Positions 17,384 to 26,858 of a DNA stretch of 56,216 nucleotides are shown in pieces; the stretch's first letter is position 1, and every line of letters begins with the position of its first letter. This DNA is from a virus (taxonomy: Duplodnaviria; Caudoviricetes). The stretch is from IMG/VR virus record IMGVR_UViG_3300023174_002623, positions 1-56,216 of that record. The stretch is one strand, 5' to 3'. Position numbers and translations under genes: made by a program. A model generated the notes under the pieces. The model did not search any database. It worked only from the letters and a program-made list of their open reading frames with translations, and was not told the DNA's origin.

Positions 17384-17779
17384 ATGAATCCATTAATTAG
17401 TCCAAAAACTGGTAAACCTATTGTAGGAAATGTACGTCGTCAGGTCATTGAAAAGAAATATAACTGGGGACTATACGTTTATAAGAAGTCAGATGGAAAA
17501 TGGTTTACAGACGGAGATGGCAACGTTTTAAACATTGAGTCTACTCGTGGAGATATTTTGCAGATAACAAAACTTAAGAATGCAGCAAAGTATTATGGTG
17601 ATGATGGTGAGGGAGAGGCAGTATTTGTCCCTGGACTCACAAGAATTAGTGAAGAAGAGCATTCAGAGCAACTAGATAGAATGAAGCAAGGTCTTATTCC
17701 GTCAATGAATGATTTAGGTGCTTGGAAAGCAGCACAAGATACAGTTAACAAGCATGGAAGAGATGCGTACGAAGCATGA
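17384..17779 (+). CDS. Hypothetical protein coupled to the portal gene
   Basis: 131 aa; ATGA overlap with the portal start. Confidence 0.75.
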   Translation: MNPLISPKTGKPIVGNVRRQVIEKKYNWGLYVYKKSDGKWFTDGDGNVLNIESTRGDILQITKLKNAAKYYGDDGEGEAVFVPGLTRISEEEHSEQLDRMKQGLIPSMNDLGAWKAAQDTVNKHGRDAYEA

Positions 17780-19401
17780 GCGAAGATTACGATTACATTC
17801 AAGCAAGTATTAGGACTCAAGAAGAGACTGAAAATCTTTTTAAATCACAAGATCCATTTGGCAAAGACTGGACAGTATTAAAAGATTATGTTGGCATTGA
17901 CCAAAACTTTAAGCGCAGAACCACAAGAACAGTTTCTAAGGCAACTTATGCATACAATGCAGTTGAGCCTTCAACACAGTATCTAAACTCTGCAAACGCT
18001 GTTCCATCTGGAGAAGGTGCAGAATCAAAGCAGATTAATCCTGGAACGGTATACAGAAATGGATACGGTCTATTTGATGTAATTACACCACCATACAATA
18101 TGTATGAATTGGCAAGTTATTATGATACATCTTTTGCAAACCATGCTGCAATTGATGCTAAGGTAGAAAATGTAGTTGGTCTTGGATACCGTTTTGATAT
18201 TACAGATAGAACAATGCTTCGTTTTGAAACTAACGATGATCAGGGTGCAGTAGAACGTGCACGTCGCAGAATTGAAAGAATGAAACTTGAGATGCGTGAA
18301 TGGCTGGAATCATTAAATGATGATGACTCATTTACAACATCTATGGAAAAGGTTTATACAGATCTACAGGCAACTGGAAATGGATTCTTAGAAGTTGGCA
18401 GAACCGTAACTGGAGAGATTGGCTATATTGGACATATCCCATCTACAACTGTTCGTGTAAGAAGATTGCGTGATGGCTTTGTTCAGATCATTGGACAAAA
18501 GGTTGTTTACTTCCGAAACTTTGGTGCAACCAATGCAAACCCAATGACAACAGATACCCGTCCAAATGAGATTATTCATATCAAGGAATATTCACCACTA
18601 AACACATACTATGGAATTCCTGATATTATTTCAGCGGTATCATCATTAATTGGTGATTCACTTGCTGCTCAGTATAATATTGATTACTTCCAAAACAAGG
18701 GAGCCCCAAGATATATTATTACAGTCAAGGGCGCAAAACTATCTGCAGACGCAGAAGATAAGATGTTTAGATTCCTTCAGAGCGGTCTAAAGGGTCAAAA
18801 CCATAGAACCCTATACATCCCACTTCCTGGCGATACAGATAATAATAAGGTTGAGTTTAAAATGGAGCCTGTTGAAACCGCAATTCAAGAAGCCTCATTT
18901 GAAAGATATAGAAAACAAAATCGTGATGATATTTTAGTAGCACATCAGGTGCCTATTTCAAAACTAGGTGGATCAGATTCAGGTGCAATTGCTGCTGCAA
19001 TGTCACAGGATAGAACATTTAAAGAGCAGGTTGCTCGTCCAGCACAGGCACAACTTGAAAAGGTAATCAATAAGATTATTAAAGAAAAAACAGATATCCT
19101 TACACTTAAGTTTAATGAACTTACACTTACAGATGAAATTGCACAGTCACAAATTATTGAGAGATATGTTAAGACACAGGTCATTACTCCAGATGAGGCA
19201 CGTGAGTTAATTGATATGCCACCAAGACCAGATGGTGAAGGTAATGCTCCATTCTCAATGACACCAAGACAAGCAACAGATGCAAGAGCAAATCTTGCTG
19301 GCAATCGTCAGCGGGATGCTGAAAGAGCAAATAACTCTTCAGACTCTCCAGCATCACTTGAAGGTAGAAGTCCACAAGGAGAAGGAAGATCATCTCAATA
19401 A
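17776..19401 (+). CDS. Portal protein (PBSX/HK97-like)
   Basis: HAAIDAK, TGNGFLEV, EIIHIKEYSPLNTYYGIPD, YFQNKGAP, AHQVP, ITPDEAR; directly upstream of protease and capsid genes. Confidence 0.93.
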   Translation: MSEDYDYIQASIRTQEETENLFKSQDPFGKDWTVLKDYVGIDQNFKRRTTRTVSKATYAYNAVEPSTQYLNSANAVPSGEGAESKQINPGTVYRNGYGLFDVITPPYNMYELASYYDTSFANHAAIDAKVENVVGLGYRFDITDRTMLRFETNDDQGAVERARRRIERMKLEMREWLESLNDDDSFTTSMEKVYTDLQATGNGFLEVGRTVTGEIGYIGHIPSTTVRVRRLRDGFVQIIGQKVVYFRNFGATNANPMTTDTRPNEIIHIKEYSPLNTYYGIPDIISAVSSLIGDSLAAQYNIDYFQNKGAPRYIITVKGAKLSADAEDKMFRFLQSGLKGQNHRTLYIPLPGDTDNNKVEFKMEPVETAIQEASFERYRKQNRDDILVAHQVPISKLGGSDSGAIAAAMSQDRTFKEQVARPAQAQLEKVINKIIKEKTDILTLKFNELTLTDEIAQSQIIERYVKTQVITPDEARELIDMPPRPDGEGNAPFSMTPRQATDARANLAGNRQRDAERANNSSDSPASLEGRSPQGEGRSSQ

Positions 19402-19432
19402 TTGAGAAAACCGTAAAAAGGTTTGATATAAT
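19402..19432 (+). promoter_or_regulatory. Promoter for the protease/scaffold/capsid operon
   Basis: TTGAGA (19402-19407) and TGATATAAT (19424-19432); ATG 19442 is 9 nt downstream with no SD. Confidence 0.65.
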
Positions 19433-19441
19433 AATACTGCC

Positions 19442-20770
19442 ATGATTATAAATAAAGCACACTGGATTACTGAAGGCGACAGCGTTCGTTTTTCTATGCC
19501 AATTGGCAAGGTAGACCAGGAGCGTAGAATTGTATCAGGTTTTGCAACATTAGATAATATTGACAAGCAAAATGATATTGTTACAACAGAGGCAAGCCTA
19601 GAAGCATTTAGAAAGTTTCGTGGGAATCTTCGTGAAATGCACCAGCCAAGTGCTGTTGGTAAGATCGTTTCATTTAAAGAAGATCGATATTTTGAGCCTC
19701 AATCAAAGAAGTTTTATAGCGGAGTGTATGTTTCTGCATATGTTTCAAGAGGGGCACAGGACACTTGGGAAAAGGTTCTTGACGGCACCCTAACTGGTTT
19801 TTCAATTGGTGGAAACATCACAAAGTCAGATGATACATTTGATGAAAAACTTGACAAATCAGTGCGTATAATTAAAGAGTATGAATTGTTTGAATTATCA
19901 CTTGTTGATAATCCAGCAAATCAATTTGCTAATGTTATCTCTATTGAAAAAGTAGACGGTAAGAATACAGTTAGCGGATACCTTTCAAAGACAGAAGTTA
20001 GAAATGTATTCTGGGATTCAGAAAATGATATTGTTTTAATGTCAGAAGATGATTCAGCAGATAGCCCAACTTCTGGAAAGCCTATGAAAAATATTGGTTT
20101 TGTTGAAAAATCAGATTCAGAAGACACAGAAAAAATAAAGTTCTTAGTTGATAGTGCAAAAGGCATTAGAACAATTAAGATGACAGAGGAGGAAAATCCT
20201 ATGACAGAAGAAACAACAATCGTTGAAGCACAGGGTGCAGAGACAGTAGAGTTGGTTGAAAATGTTGAGGTTGCTCCAGAGGCTGCAGCAGTTGCTGTAG
20301 AAGAGGCTCCAGCAGAAGTTCCTGCAGAGGATACACCTGCTACAGAGCCAGCAGCAGAAGCAGCACCAGAGGCTGAAGAAGCACCTGTTGTTGAAGAAGC
20401 AAATGATTCAGTTGATGCTGTTGTTAATGCAACAGAGGAAGTTGCTAAGGCAGTTTCTTCAATCAATGAAAATCTAACTAATGCCTTGAGCAATCTTGCA
20501 GAAACAGTAAAGTCTATGCAGACAACTGTTGAAGCAATTACGAAGTCCCTTGAAGCCGTTACAGGTGAAGTTAAAACTGTATCAAATGAGGTAAAAGAAG
20601 TCAAGGGTTCTTTTAATGAGTTTGGAAAGCGAGTAGATATGGTCGAAAAAGACACCGCTTTCCGCAAGTCTGGCGATCTAGGCGAGATCGTGCAGGAGTT
20701 TTCAGAAATGAAGACTCAGAAATCCCTATGGGGCGGTCGTTTCCTCAAAACAGCCGACTTATTCCAATAA
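19442..20770 (+). CDS. Prohead maturation protease fused to an acidic/coiled-coil scaffold domain
   Basis: RIVSGFA...DKQNDIV, LREMH, LTGFSIGG, ELSLVDNPANQ (HK97/XkdF-like serine protease); Glu/Ala/Pro-rich linker and heptad C-terminus. Confidence 0.9.
   Translation: MIINKAHWITEGDSVRFSMPIGKVDQERRIVSGFATLDNIDKQNDIVTTEASLEAFRKFRGNLREMHQPSAVGKIVSFKEDRYFEPQSKKFYSGVYVSAYVSRGAQDTWEKVLDGTLTGFSIGGNITKSDDTFDEKLDKSVRIIKEYELFELSLVDNPANQFANVISIEKVDGKNTVSGYLSKTEVRNVFWDSENDIVLMSEDDSADSPTSGKPMKNIGFVEKSDSEDTEKIKFLVDSAKGIRTIKMTEEENPMTEETTIVEAQGAETVELVENVEVAPEAAAVAVEEAPAEVPAEDTPATEPAAEAAPEAEEAPVVEEANDSVDAVVNATEEVAKAVSSINENLTNALSNLAETVKSMQTTVEAITKSLEAVTGEVKTVSNEVKEVKGSFNEFGKRVDMVEKDTAFRKSGDLGEIVQEFSEMKTQKSLWGGRFLKTADLFQ
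20201..20770 (+). CDS. Nested in-frame scaffolding protein (189 aa)
   Basis: AGGAGG at 20187-20192, 8 nt before the in-frame ATG 20201, where the composition switches to acidic low complexity. Confidence 0.7.
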   Translation: MTEETTIVEAQGAETVELVENVEVAPEAAAVAVEEAPAEVPAEDTPATEPAAEAAPEAEEAPVVEEANDSVDAVVNATEEVAKAVSSINENLTNALSNLAETVKSMQTTVEAITKSLEAVTGEVKTVSNEVKEVKGSFNEFGKRVDMVEKDTAFRKSGDLGEIVQEFSEMKTQKSLWGGRFLKTADLFQ

Positions 20771-20796
20771 GTACTATTCACTAGGAGGTGAACAAT

Positions 20797-21936
20797 ATGT
20801 CGGAACAAGAAATCGTAAAGAACTATCCAGGTTCTCCAACCGTAAGCCACCAACACGCAGGTGATGGTGCTTTCGCATCTGGTGATATTGGTGGTGCAAC
20901 CGCAACTAATCCATCAACATCAGATATCGGAGCAAACCTAGGAAATATTGCAACAGCAAACTTTGGTGTATCCAATGGTCCTAACGCAGTAAATCCAACA
21001 GGCACACCTGGAGGTATACTACTTCCAGAGCAGGCCCGTCGCTTCATCGACTATGTGTGGGATGCAACAGTTCTCGCCAAAGATGGTCGTAGAGTTACAA
21101 TGCGAGCAAACACAATGGAACTTGAAAAAGTTAACGTTGGTGAGCGTGTAATCCGTGCTGCTGCACAAGCAAGCAATGATTACACAAACTCAGGTGCAAC
21201 ATTCACAAAGGTAGAATTAACAACCAAGAAGATTCGTCTTGACTGGGAAGTATCTACAGAAGCACTTGAAGACAATATTGAAGGCGGAGCACTTGAAGAT
21301 CATCTAGTTCGCTTGATGACAAATGCATTTGCTAACGATATTGAAGACCTTGCTATTAATGGTGATGGTTCAACTGGTTCATTCCTTTCAATCATGGAAG
21401 GTTTCGTACACAAGGTAGAGAACGATGGCGATGCTCACGAAGCACTAGTCACCGTTACAGATAACAACTGGACAACTGACGTAATGCAGGATATTATTCT
21501 TGCAATGCCACGTAAGTATCGTGCTATCAAGCAGAACCTAAAGTTCTATGCTGGTACAGATGCATTCCAGGGTATCGTAAAGAATAACGGAACACTTGCT
21601 GATGCAATTGCAGAAGCGTTTGCTCCAAAGCCTGCTGGTACAGAGCGTAACCGCCAGGCATACCTTGATGGACAGGCACAGACATTCGGTGGAGCACGTA
21701 CAACACGTGTTCTTGGAATTGATGTGCAGGAAGTCCCTTACTACCCAGCAGATTATGTCGACTTGACATTCCCTGCTAACCGTATTTGGGGATTCCAGAG
21801 AGATATCACTGTAAACCGTGAATACAAGCCAAAGAAGGATACAATTGAATACACAGTATTCGTCCGCTTTGGTTTGCAATGGGAAGAACTTGATGCGGTT
21901 GCTTATGCAGACGCAGCAGTTGATCCTACTGCATAA
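20797..21936 (+). CDS. Major capsid protein (HK97 fold)
   Basis: AGGAGGTG RBS before ATG 20797; GGILLPEQARRFID, EVSTEALEDNIEG, FANDIEDLAINGD; followed by a terminator. Confidence 0.93.
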   Translation: MSEQEIVKNYPGSPTVSHQHAGDGAFASGDIGGATATNPSTSDIGANLGNIATANFGVSNGPNAVNPTGTPGGILLPEQARRFIDYVWDATVLAKDGRRVTMRANTMELEKVNVGERVIRAAAQASNDYTNSGATFTKVELTTKKIRLDWEVSTEALEDNIEGGALEDHLVRLMTNAFANDIEDLAINGDGSTGSFLSIMEGFVHKVENDGDAHEALVTVTDNNWTTDVMQDIILAMPRKYRAIKQNLKFYAGTDAFQGIVKNNGTLADAIAEAFAPKPAGTERNRQAYLDGQAQTFGGARTTRVLGIDVQEVPYYPADYVDLTFPANRIWGFQRDITVNREYKPKKDTIEYTVFVRFGLQWEELDAVAYADAAVDPTA

Positions 21937-21960
21937 TAGTTTATAAAAACTAAACGATAG

Positions 21961-21990
21961 GGAGGACAGGTCAAACTGTCCTCCTTTATC
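21961..21990 (+). terminator. Intrinsic terminator after the major capsid gene
   Basis: GGAGGACAG-gtcaaa-CTGTCCTCC followed by TTTAT. Confidence 0.8.
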
Positions 21991-22004
21991 AATTAAGGGA
22001 GATC

Positions 22005-22229
22005 ATGTCTTATCCAGGAAATCCAACAGTTTCGCATCAACACGATGGGGATGGTGCTATTGCAGTTGGCGGTGTAGGTGGGGCAATAATAATGGGTCCT
22101 AATGGAATGATTACACAAAACAATGTTTTAGGAAATATACCAACACCAATATTTGGTGATAACATAACAATTTCTGGAACACCAAGCGGTGTTAGAAGAC
22201 CACAAACATTAAGAGGCAGTAGGAGATAA
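22005..22229 (+). CDS. 74-aa paralogue of the capsid protein N-terminal arm
   Basis: AAGGGAG RBS; YPGNPTVSHQHDGDGA versus capsid YPGSPTVSHQHAGDGA. Confidence 0.8.
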   Translation: MSYPGNPTVSHQHDGDGAIAVGGVGGAIIMGPNGMITQNNVLGNIPTPIFGDNITISGTPSGVRRPQTLRGSRR

Positions 22230-22237
22230 CTTATCTC

Positions 22238-22246
22238 TGATATAAT
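22238..22246 (+). promoter_or_regulatory. Extended -10 promoter for neck genes
   Basis: TGATATAAT, then GGAGG before ATG 22263. Confidence 0.6.
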
Positions 22247-22262
22247 AGCAGTGGAGGATATC

Positions 22263-22619
22263 ATGATAACAACAGCAGAAGCAGTAGAAAAATTTACAAA
22301 AAAGACAGTACCACAATTAAAAGCCTATGCAAAAAAGAATAATATTGATTTATATGGAACAAGCACAAAAGAAGAAATGCTAGAGGCAATACTGCCTTTT
22401 GTACCAAGAGAAGATCCACAAGAAGTAAAAACAGTATCAGAGAATCCAACAGAAAAAATGGCTCTATATTCAGAGCGTAATCTTCATTGGAACGGTGTGG
22501 GTGCCCTTGAAAAAGGATATAATATTGTCACAAAGGAGGAATCCGTTAAATGGCTAACTCATAAGGCAGTGCGTGAAGCATCACCTAAAGAAGTAGCCAA
22601 ACATTACGGTAAGATTTAA
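22263..22619 (+). CDS. Small protein with Rho-N/HeH-LEM-like domain
   Basis: KKTVPQLKAYAKKNNIDL...TKEEMLEAI helix-extension-helix pattern; such genes commonly follow capsid genes. Confidence 0.65.
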   Translation: MITTAEAVEKFTKKTVPQLKAYAKKNNIDLYGTSTKEEMLEAILPFVPREDPQEVKTVSENPTEKMALYSERNLHWNGVGALEKGYNIVTKEESVKWLTHKAVREASPKEVAKHYGKI

Positions 22620-23605
22620 TGCAGATCCTACGTTTACCACCATACCCTTTGACCATCTCTTACGATGTTCCTTTGCCAAACACTGATTATGTTCTTGTTA
22701 TTAATCAAGGATCAAGAGATGTAAATGATGTTACAGAAAACATTGTTTCTACTGCTGGTGCAAAACTTGAGTATACACTTCCAGATCAATTTAACTCCTA
22801 TGATGAATCATACTATTTGGCTATTTATGAAGATATAGATGGACTTCCAGGAGACATTGTAGTTGAAGATAATTTAGATATAACACGCCCATATTCAAAT
22901 CCAATAAAACTGGCAAGTGAAAATGGCAATGGAACTGCAAGTGAAATAAGTGAATATATAAAATATGAGGCATTGGCAAGAGTAATAATTGATTCAATTG
23001 TTCCTGGAGGTTTTTATTATGAACGCTCTTGGTATGAAGTAAATGGAAATGGAACAGACTATCTTGCAATCTGGGATAGAGTTTACAAAATTTTAAAGGC
23101 TTATGAAAATAATGAACTTGTCTGGGATTCAACACAAGATCCTCAAGCATTGTATGAGTGGAATTATTTATTAACAAAAGATAAAACAGCAATTGTTAAA
23201 GAATGGAATCAGCAAATGACTGATTCATATGTCAGAGCAGTTGGAACTCCTAAAGGAGTACCTCTTGGAGAGTCAGACTCCTTATATCTTTATGATACAG
23301 AAGATAGTCCAGTTACATTAGCAGTTATTGCTGGTGTAACATTCCCAGTAACATTTAACTATTTATTCTCATTAGAAACAGGGTATAAAGTAGTTCCTTA
23401 TGATATATATGATGCAACAAACATGTTAATTGATGATATCAAGTGTGGAAGAATGGAATATCATAAGAGATATATTCTTGATTATTCTACAGATCAATAT
23501 AAGATTAAGATTGATAAGTCAGCACTTGATGGCACAGGAAATATCTTAGTTGATAAAATACTAGAAAAATATATAACAAATATTGGCACTCCTGGAGTTT
23601 TGTAA
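22619..23605 (+). CDS. Head-to-tail adaptor/neck protein
   Basis: Position; GYKVVPYDIYDAT and TGNILVDKILEKY C-terminus typical of adaptors; TAATG coupling. Confidence 0.7.
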   Translation: MQILRLPPYPLTISYDVPLPNTDYVLVINQGSRDVNDVTENIVSTAGAKLEYTLPDQFNSYDESYYLAIYEDIDGLPGDIVVEDNLDITRPYSNPIKLASENGNGTASEISEYIKYEALARVIIDSIVPGGFYYERSWYEVNGNGTDYLAIWDRVYKILKAYENNELVWDSTQDPQALYEWNYLLTKDKTAIVKEWNQQMTDSYVRAVGTPKGVPLGESDSLYLYDTEDSPVTLAVIAGVTFPVTFNYLFSLETGYKVVPYDIYDATNMLIDDIKCGRMEYHKRYILDYSTDQYKIKIDKSALDGTGNILVDKILEKYITNIGTPGVL

Positions 23606-24054
23606 TGGTAGATTGCGAAACAACAGATTTTATCTACCCAATGAAGGCAGATATTTACTATCCAATAATTACTCAAAATAATTATGGACAAGCAAATAAA
23701 GAATGGGTTTTTGACAGAACTATTGTTTGCAATGCAACAACAGTTGGTGGCGCTGGAGATGTTGAACTAAAGCCAGACGTATTCCTTCAGTATGATGGAA
23801 AACTTGTTGCAAGATCAAAATCAGACATAAGAGTTTCTTCTAATATGTCAGATAATGCTATTAGCAATATTCTTGTTACAAATATCCGTAGTGCATCAAA
23901 TACTATGATTTATAGAGAAACCGCTGGACCAAGAAGCGGTAGAGGAACAATCTATGAAGTTGGAACTGTAGAGCCTTTTGTTGGACCATTTGGAGAAATA
24001 GAATATTATAAAATGCTCTGGCGTAGAACAGAGAATCAGACAGTTGGTGACTAA
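23605..24054 (+). CDS. Head closure/stopper-like protein
   Basis: Position, size (149 aa), beta-rich pattern, TAATG coupling. Confidence 0.55.
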   Translation: MVDCETTDFIYPMKADIYYPIITQNNYGQANKEWVFDRTIVCNATTVGGAGDVELKPDVFLQYDGKLVARSKSDIRVSSNMSDNAISNILVTNIRSASNTMIYRETAGPRSGRGTIYEVGTVEPFVGPFGEIEYYKMLWRRTENQTVGD

Positions 24055-24731
24055 TGCTAGTAAGAATAGATACAAAGGCATTTGAGAAACAATTAACAAA
24101 TATTGCAAACTATTCTTTTGGTTTTCTTGATGGCATTAATCGTGGTAAAAAAGAATTTTTAAATAATCTTGGTAAAGGTGTTATATTTGCTCTAGGTCAA
24201 TATATTGATTCCGAAGCAAGAGCAAATAGTAGCAGTTTGCACCATGTATATGAATGGTATAAGACTGGTAGCCCAACTTCAAGACTGTTTAATTTAAACT
24301 ATACTGTTAGCAATCTTGGCTTATCAATTAATTCAACATTTAAACAATCAAGCACAATGAAAGAAGATATGACAGTTCCATTTTACAACAAAGCAAAGAT
24401 TATGGAAGATGGTATTCCAGTAGTTATTAAACCAAAAGGAAATGGCGCACTAAAGTTTAAAGAAGGCGGACAAGAAATTTTTGTAAGAAAAGCAGTAACA
24501 GTAAGAAATCCTGGAGGAGAAGAAGTTGAGGGATCTTTTGAAAGAGTCTTTGATGAGTTCATGAGAACATATTTTACACAGGCATTTTTAAAATCAAGTG
24601 GTCTTTTAGCATATCTAAATAAGCCTGTTGCCTACAAAAAGAACTTTTTGGCTGGCTCAAAGATGGGTAAATCAAAGGGTGTAGATACTGGATATAAGTG
24701 GATAATTAATGCAAAGGTTGAGGTAGAATAG
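24054..24731 (+). CDS. Tail completion/neck protein
   Basis: Position between stopper and tail terminator; basic; LHHVYEW motif. Confidence 0.5.
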   Translation: MLVRIDTKAFEKQLTNIANYSFGFLDGINRGKKEFLNNLGKGVIFALGQYIDSEARANSSSLHHVYEWYKTGSPTSRLFNLNYTVSNLGLSINSTFKQSSTMKEDMTVPFYNKAKIMEDGIPVVIKPKGNGALKFKEGGQEIFVRKAVTVRNPGGEEVEGSFERVFDEFMRTYFTQAFLKSSGLLAYLNKPVAYKKNFLAGSKMGKSKGVDTGYKWIINAKVEVE

Positions 24732-24735
24732 TACT

Positions 24736-25308
24736 ATGGCATATGATATTAAATTAACAGCATTTCCACCAACTTTTGTTAATCAATATGTTGTTGAGCA
24801 ATTAAAACTGTTTGGTATTTTGAGCGGGTTTGAACAAATGACCCCAGTATTTCCAACAAGCCCAACAAATATAGAAGATGTGTTCAAGAACTATATCGGG
24901 GCCCCTGGAGTCTCAGATCCACTTCTTATTCAATATGAAAGATTAATTAGATTTAGGCCAAGCCCATTTTATAGAAATAAAAGAGAGCAATTAGTTTATT
25001 ACTTATACTGCACAGATTTATCAAAGATTAATGATTCCCATAGAATTATTACAGATGCCCTTGACCGTGAGGATTCTGCTGGACAAGACATAAACGCCTA
25101 CTGTGCTTCCGTTGCTACAGACGCACTTCCATTTAATACATTCTTTCATAATGTCAGGGTATATCAGGCAGATGAAACAAGAGACATCCTAGAACTTGCC
25201 TCAGCCAGAACGGTATATGCAAATAAACTTATTATTGAATACGACTATCATACTAAAGATATCATAGTTACAGGTCCAGACGGACTTACCAAACAAATAT
25301 ATGATTAA
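24736..25308 (+). CDS. Tail terminator-like protein
   Basis: Immediately upstream of the tail tube gene; TAGAAT 6 nt before the ATG. Confidence 0.5.
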   Translation: MAYDIKLTAFPPTFVNQYVVEQLKLFGILSGFEQMTPVFPTSPTNIEDVFKNYIGAPGVSDPLLIQYERLIRFRPSPFYRNKREQLVYYLYCTDLSKINDSHRIITDALDREDSAGQDINAYCASVATDALPFNTFFHNVRVYQADETRDILELASARTVYANKLIIEYDYHTKDIIVTGPDGLTKQIYD

Positions 25309-25314
25309 AAATGC

Positions 25315-25323
25315 TGTTATACT
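25315..25323 (+). promoter_or_regulatory. Extended -10 promoter for the major tail gene
   Basis: TGTTATACT just after the upstream stop; GAGGTG RBS before ATG 25386. Confidence 0.55.
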
Positions 25324-25385
25324 TGTTTTGAGGAAACACCCCAACAACTTAATATAGATTCTATTGAAAGTAGAGGTGAAAAAAT

Positions 25386-26027
25386 ATGGCATACACTCGT
25401 GGTACGTCTACTAACATTATTGTTGGTGCTGCAGCGCTTTTCGTAGCAGACACAACACTAACCCCTAACACCCTGCCTAGTTATGTAGCATCAGAGTCAT
25501 ACAGAGAGACAATCGCTGACGACACTGATTTTACTAACGTAGGTTATACAATGAACGGCCTTGAATTGCAGTTCCAACCAGACTTCGGCGAAGTACAGGT
25601 TGACCAACTTCTTGACGTTGCTAAGTTATACAAGCAAGGAATGCAAGTGAATATGGCAACGGCTTTTGCTGAAGCAACACTTGAGAACCTGCTTCTTGCA
25701 CTTGCTTACAACTCTGATCAGTTGTCAGCAGCAAATGGAAAGAACACATCTAACGGACAGTCACTTGACTTGTCTGCAGGTGATATTGGCGAATGTCCAG
25801 TAGAGCGTGGAATTATTGCTGTAGGTCCAGGTACAGGTGACTGTGCTGACTCAGCATACGTAGAGCGTGTTTACAGCGCATACCGTGCACTCTCAATTGA
25901 GAATGTAACAGTATCTGCAAAGCGTGACGAGGCTTCAATGTTTGAAGTTTCATTCCGTCTTCTTCCAGAAGATGTATCTGGTTCATATGGTAAGATCGTA
26001 GATCGTACCTGGACACCAGCAACATAA
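25386..26027 (+). CDS. Major tail (tube) protein
   Basis: NIIVGAAALF, VGYTMNGLELQFQPDFGEVQVDQL, AEATLENL, FEVSFRLLP; strong RBS and its own terminator. Confidence 0.88.
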   Translation: MAYTRGTSTNIIVGAAALFVADTTLTPNTLPSYVASESYRETIADDTDFTNVGYTMNGLELQFQPDFGEVQVDQLLDVAKLYKQGMQVNMATAFAEATLENLLLALAYNSDQLSAANGKNTSNGQSLDLSAGDIGECPVERGIIAVGPGTGDCADSAYVERVYSAYRALSIENVTVSAKRDEASMFEVSFRLLPEDVSGSYGKIVDRTWTPAT

Positions 26028-26044
26028 TCTAGTTTTAGATTAAT

Positions 26045-26081
26045 AACAGGCCCATCCCTTCGGGGGTGGGCTTTGTTGTTT
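26045..26081 (+). terminator. Intrinsic terminator after the tail tube gene
   Basis: GCCCATCCC-TTCG-GGGGTGGGC (cUUCGg tetraloop) followed by TTTGTTGTTT. Confidence 0.88.
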
Positions 26082-26084
26082 CTA

Positions 26085-26093
26085 TGATAGAAT
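26085..26093 (+). promoter_or_regulatory. Extended -10 promoter, leaderless start of the long chaperone
   Basis: TGATAGAAT 7 nt before ATG 26101; no SD. Confidence 0.6.
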
Positions 26094-26100
26094 AGATAGA

Positions 26101-26814
26101 ATGGCTACAGAGATATATAAAAAAGGTAATATTTTTTTAATTGACGGAATAGAATTAGAAATAATACCACTTAAGATAAAGTATTTACGGGAATTCATGT
26201 CTGCTTTTGCAGAGATGGATGGTGTAAAAAATGATGATGATGCTATTGATGTATTAACTAACTGTGTAAGAATTTGTATGAAACAATACTATCCAAAAAT
26301 ATCTAAAACAATTGCAGACATTGAAGATAATATAAACTTACCAACCATCTATCAAATAGTTGATTTTGCTGCGGGTATAAAAATTAACAAAAAGTCAGAA
26401 GAGCCAGTAAAAAAACAAGCAGAAAAAAGCGGGGCTACATGGGATGATCTAGATTTAGCATCTCTTGAATCAGAAGTATTTTTGCTGGGTATATGGAAAG
26501 ACTATGAAGAATTAGAAACAAACCTATCTATGCCAGAACTAATGGCTACTCTGGAAAGTAAAAGAGAATTAGAATATCAAGAAAAAAAGTTTTTGGCAGC
26601 AATACAAGGCGTTGATTTAGATAAAAACAGCGGTAGGGAAAAGGGCCAAAAAGAATGGGAAGACATGAAGGCTAGAGTCTTTAGTGGTGGTGCAACAGGA
26701 GATAGTAATGATGTTCTGGCACTACAAGGACAAAATGCTGTAAAGGCTGGATTTGGTATTGGAATGGGTCTTGATTATGAAGATGCAAGAGATCCAAGTC
26801 TTATGAAAAATTAG
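26101..26814 (+). CDS. Tail assembly chaperone, long GT-like in-frame form
   Basis: Between tail tube and tape measure genes. The first ~96 aa are paralogous to 26859-27191, followed by an extra helical domain (WDDLDLASLESEVFLLGIWKDYEELE...). Confidence 0.75.
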   Translation: MATEIYKKGNIFLIDGIELEIIPLKIKYLREFMSAFAEMDGVKNDDDAIDVLTNCVRICMKQYYPKISKTIADIEDNINLPTIYQIVDFAAGIKINKKSEEPVKKQAEKSGATWDDLDLASLESEVFLLGIWKDYEELETNLSMPELMATLESKRELEYQEKKFLAAIQGVDLDKNSGREKGQKEWEDMKARVFSGGATGDSNDVLALQGQNAVKAGFGIGMGLDYEDARDPSLMKN

Positions 26815-26822
26815 CCTATTCA

Positions 26823-26831
26823 TGCTATAAT
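26823..26831 (+). promoter_or_regulatory. Extended -10 promoter for the short chaperone and tape measure genes
   Basis: TGCTATAAT; AGGAGG before ATG 26859. Confidence 0.65.
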
Positions 26832-26858
26832 TGACGTAAACCTAAACAGGAGGAAATA

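Noticed and set aside
26409-26415. A-AAA-AAA slippery heptamer at the domain junction of the long chaperone (a -1 shift would stop at 26445-26447 and give a G-sized product)
   Set aside because: A-runs are frequent in this AT-rich genome, no stimulatory structure is evident, and a separate short paralogue already exists. At most a possible relic.
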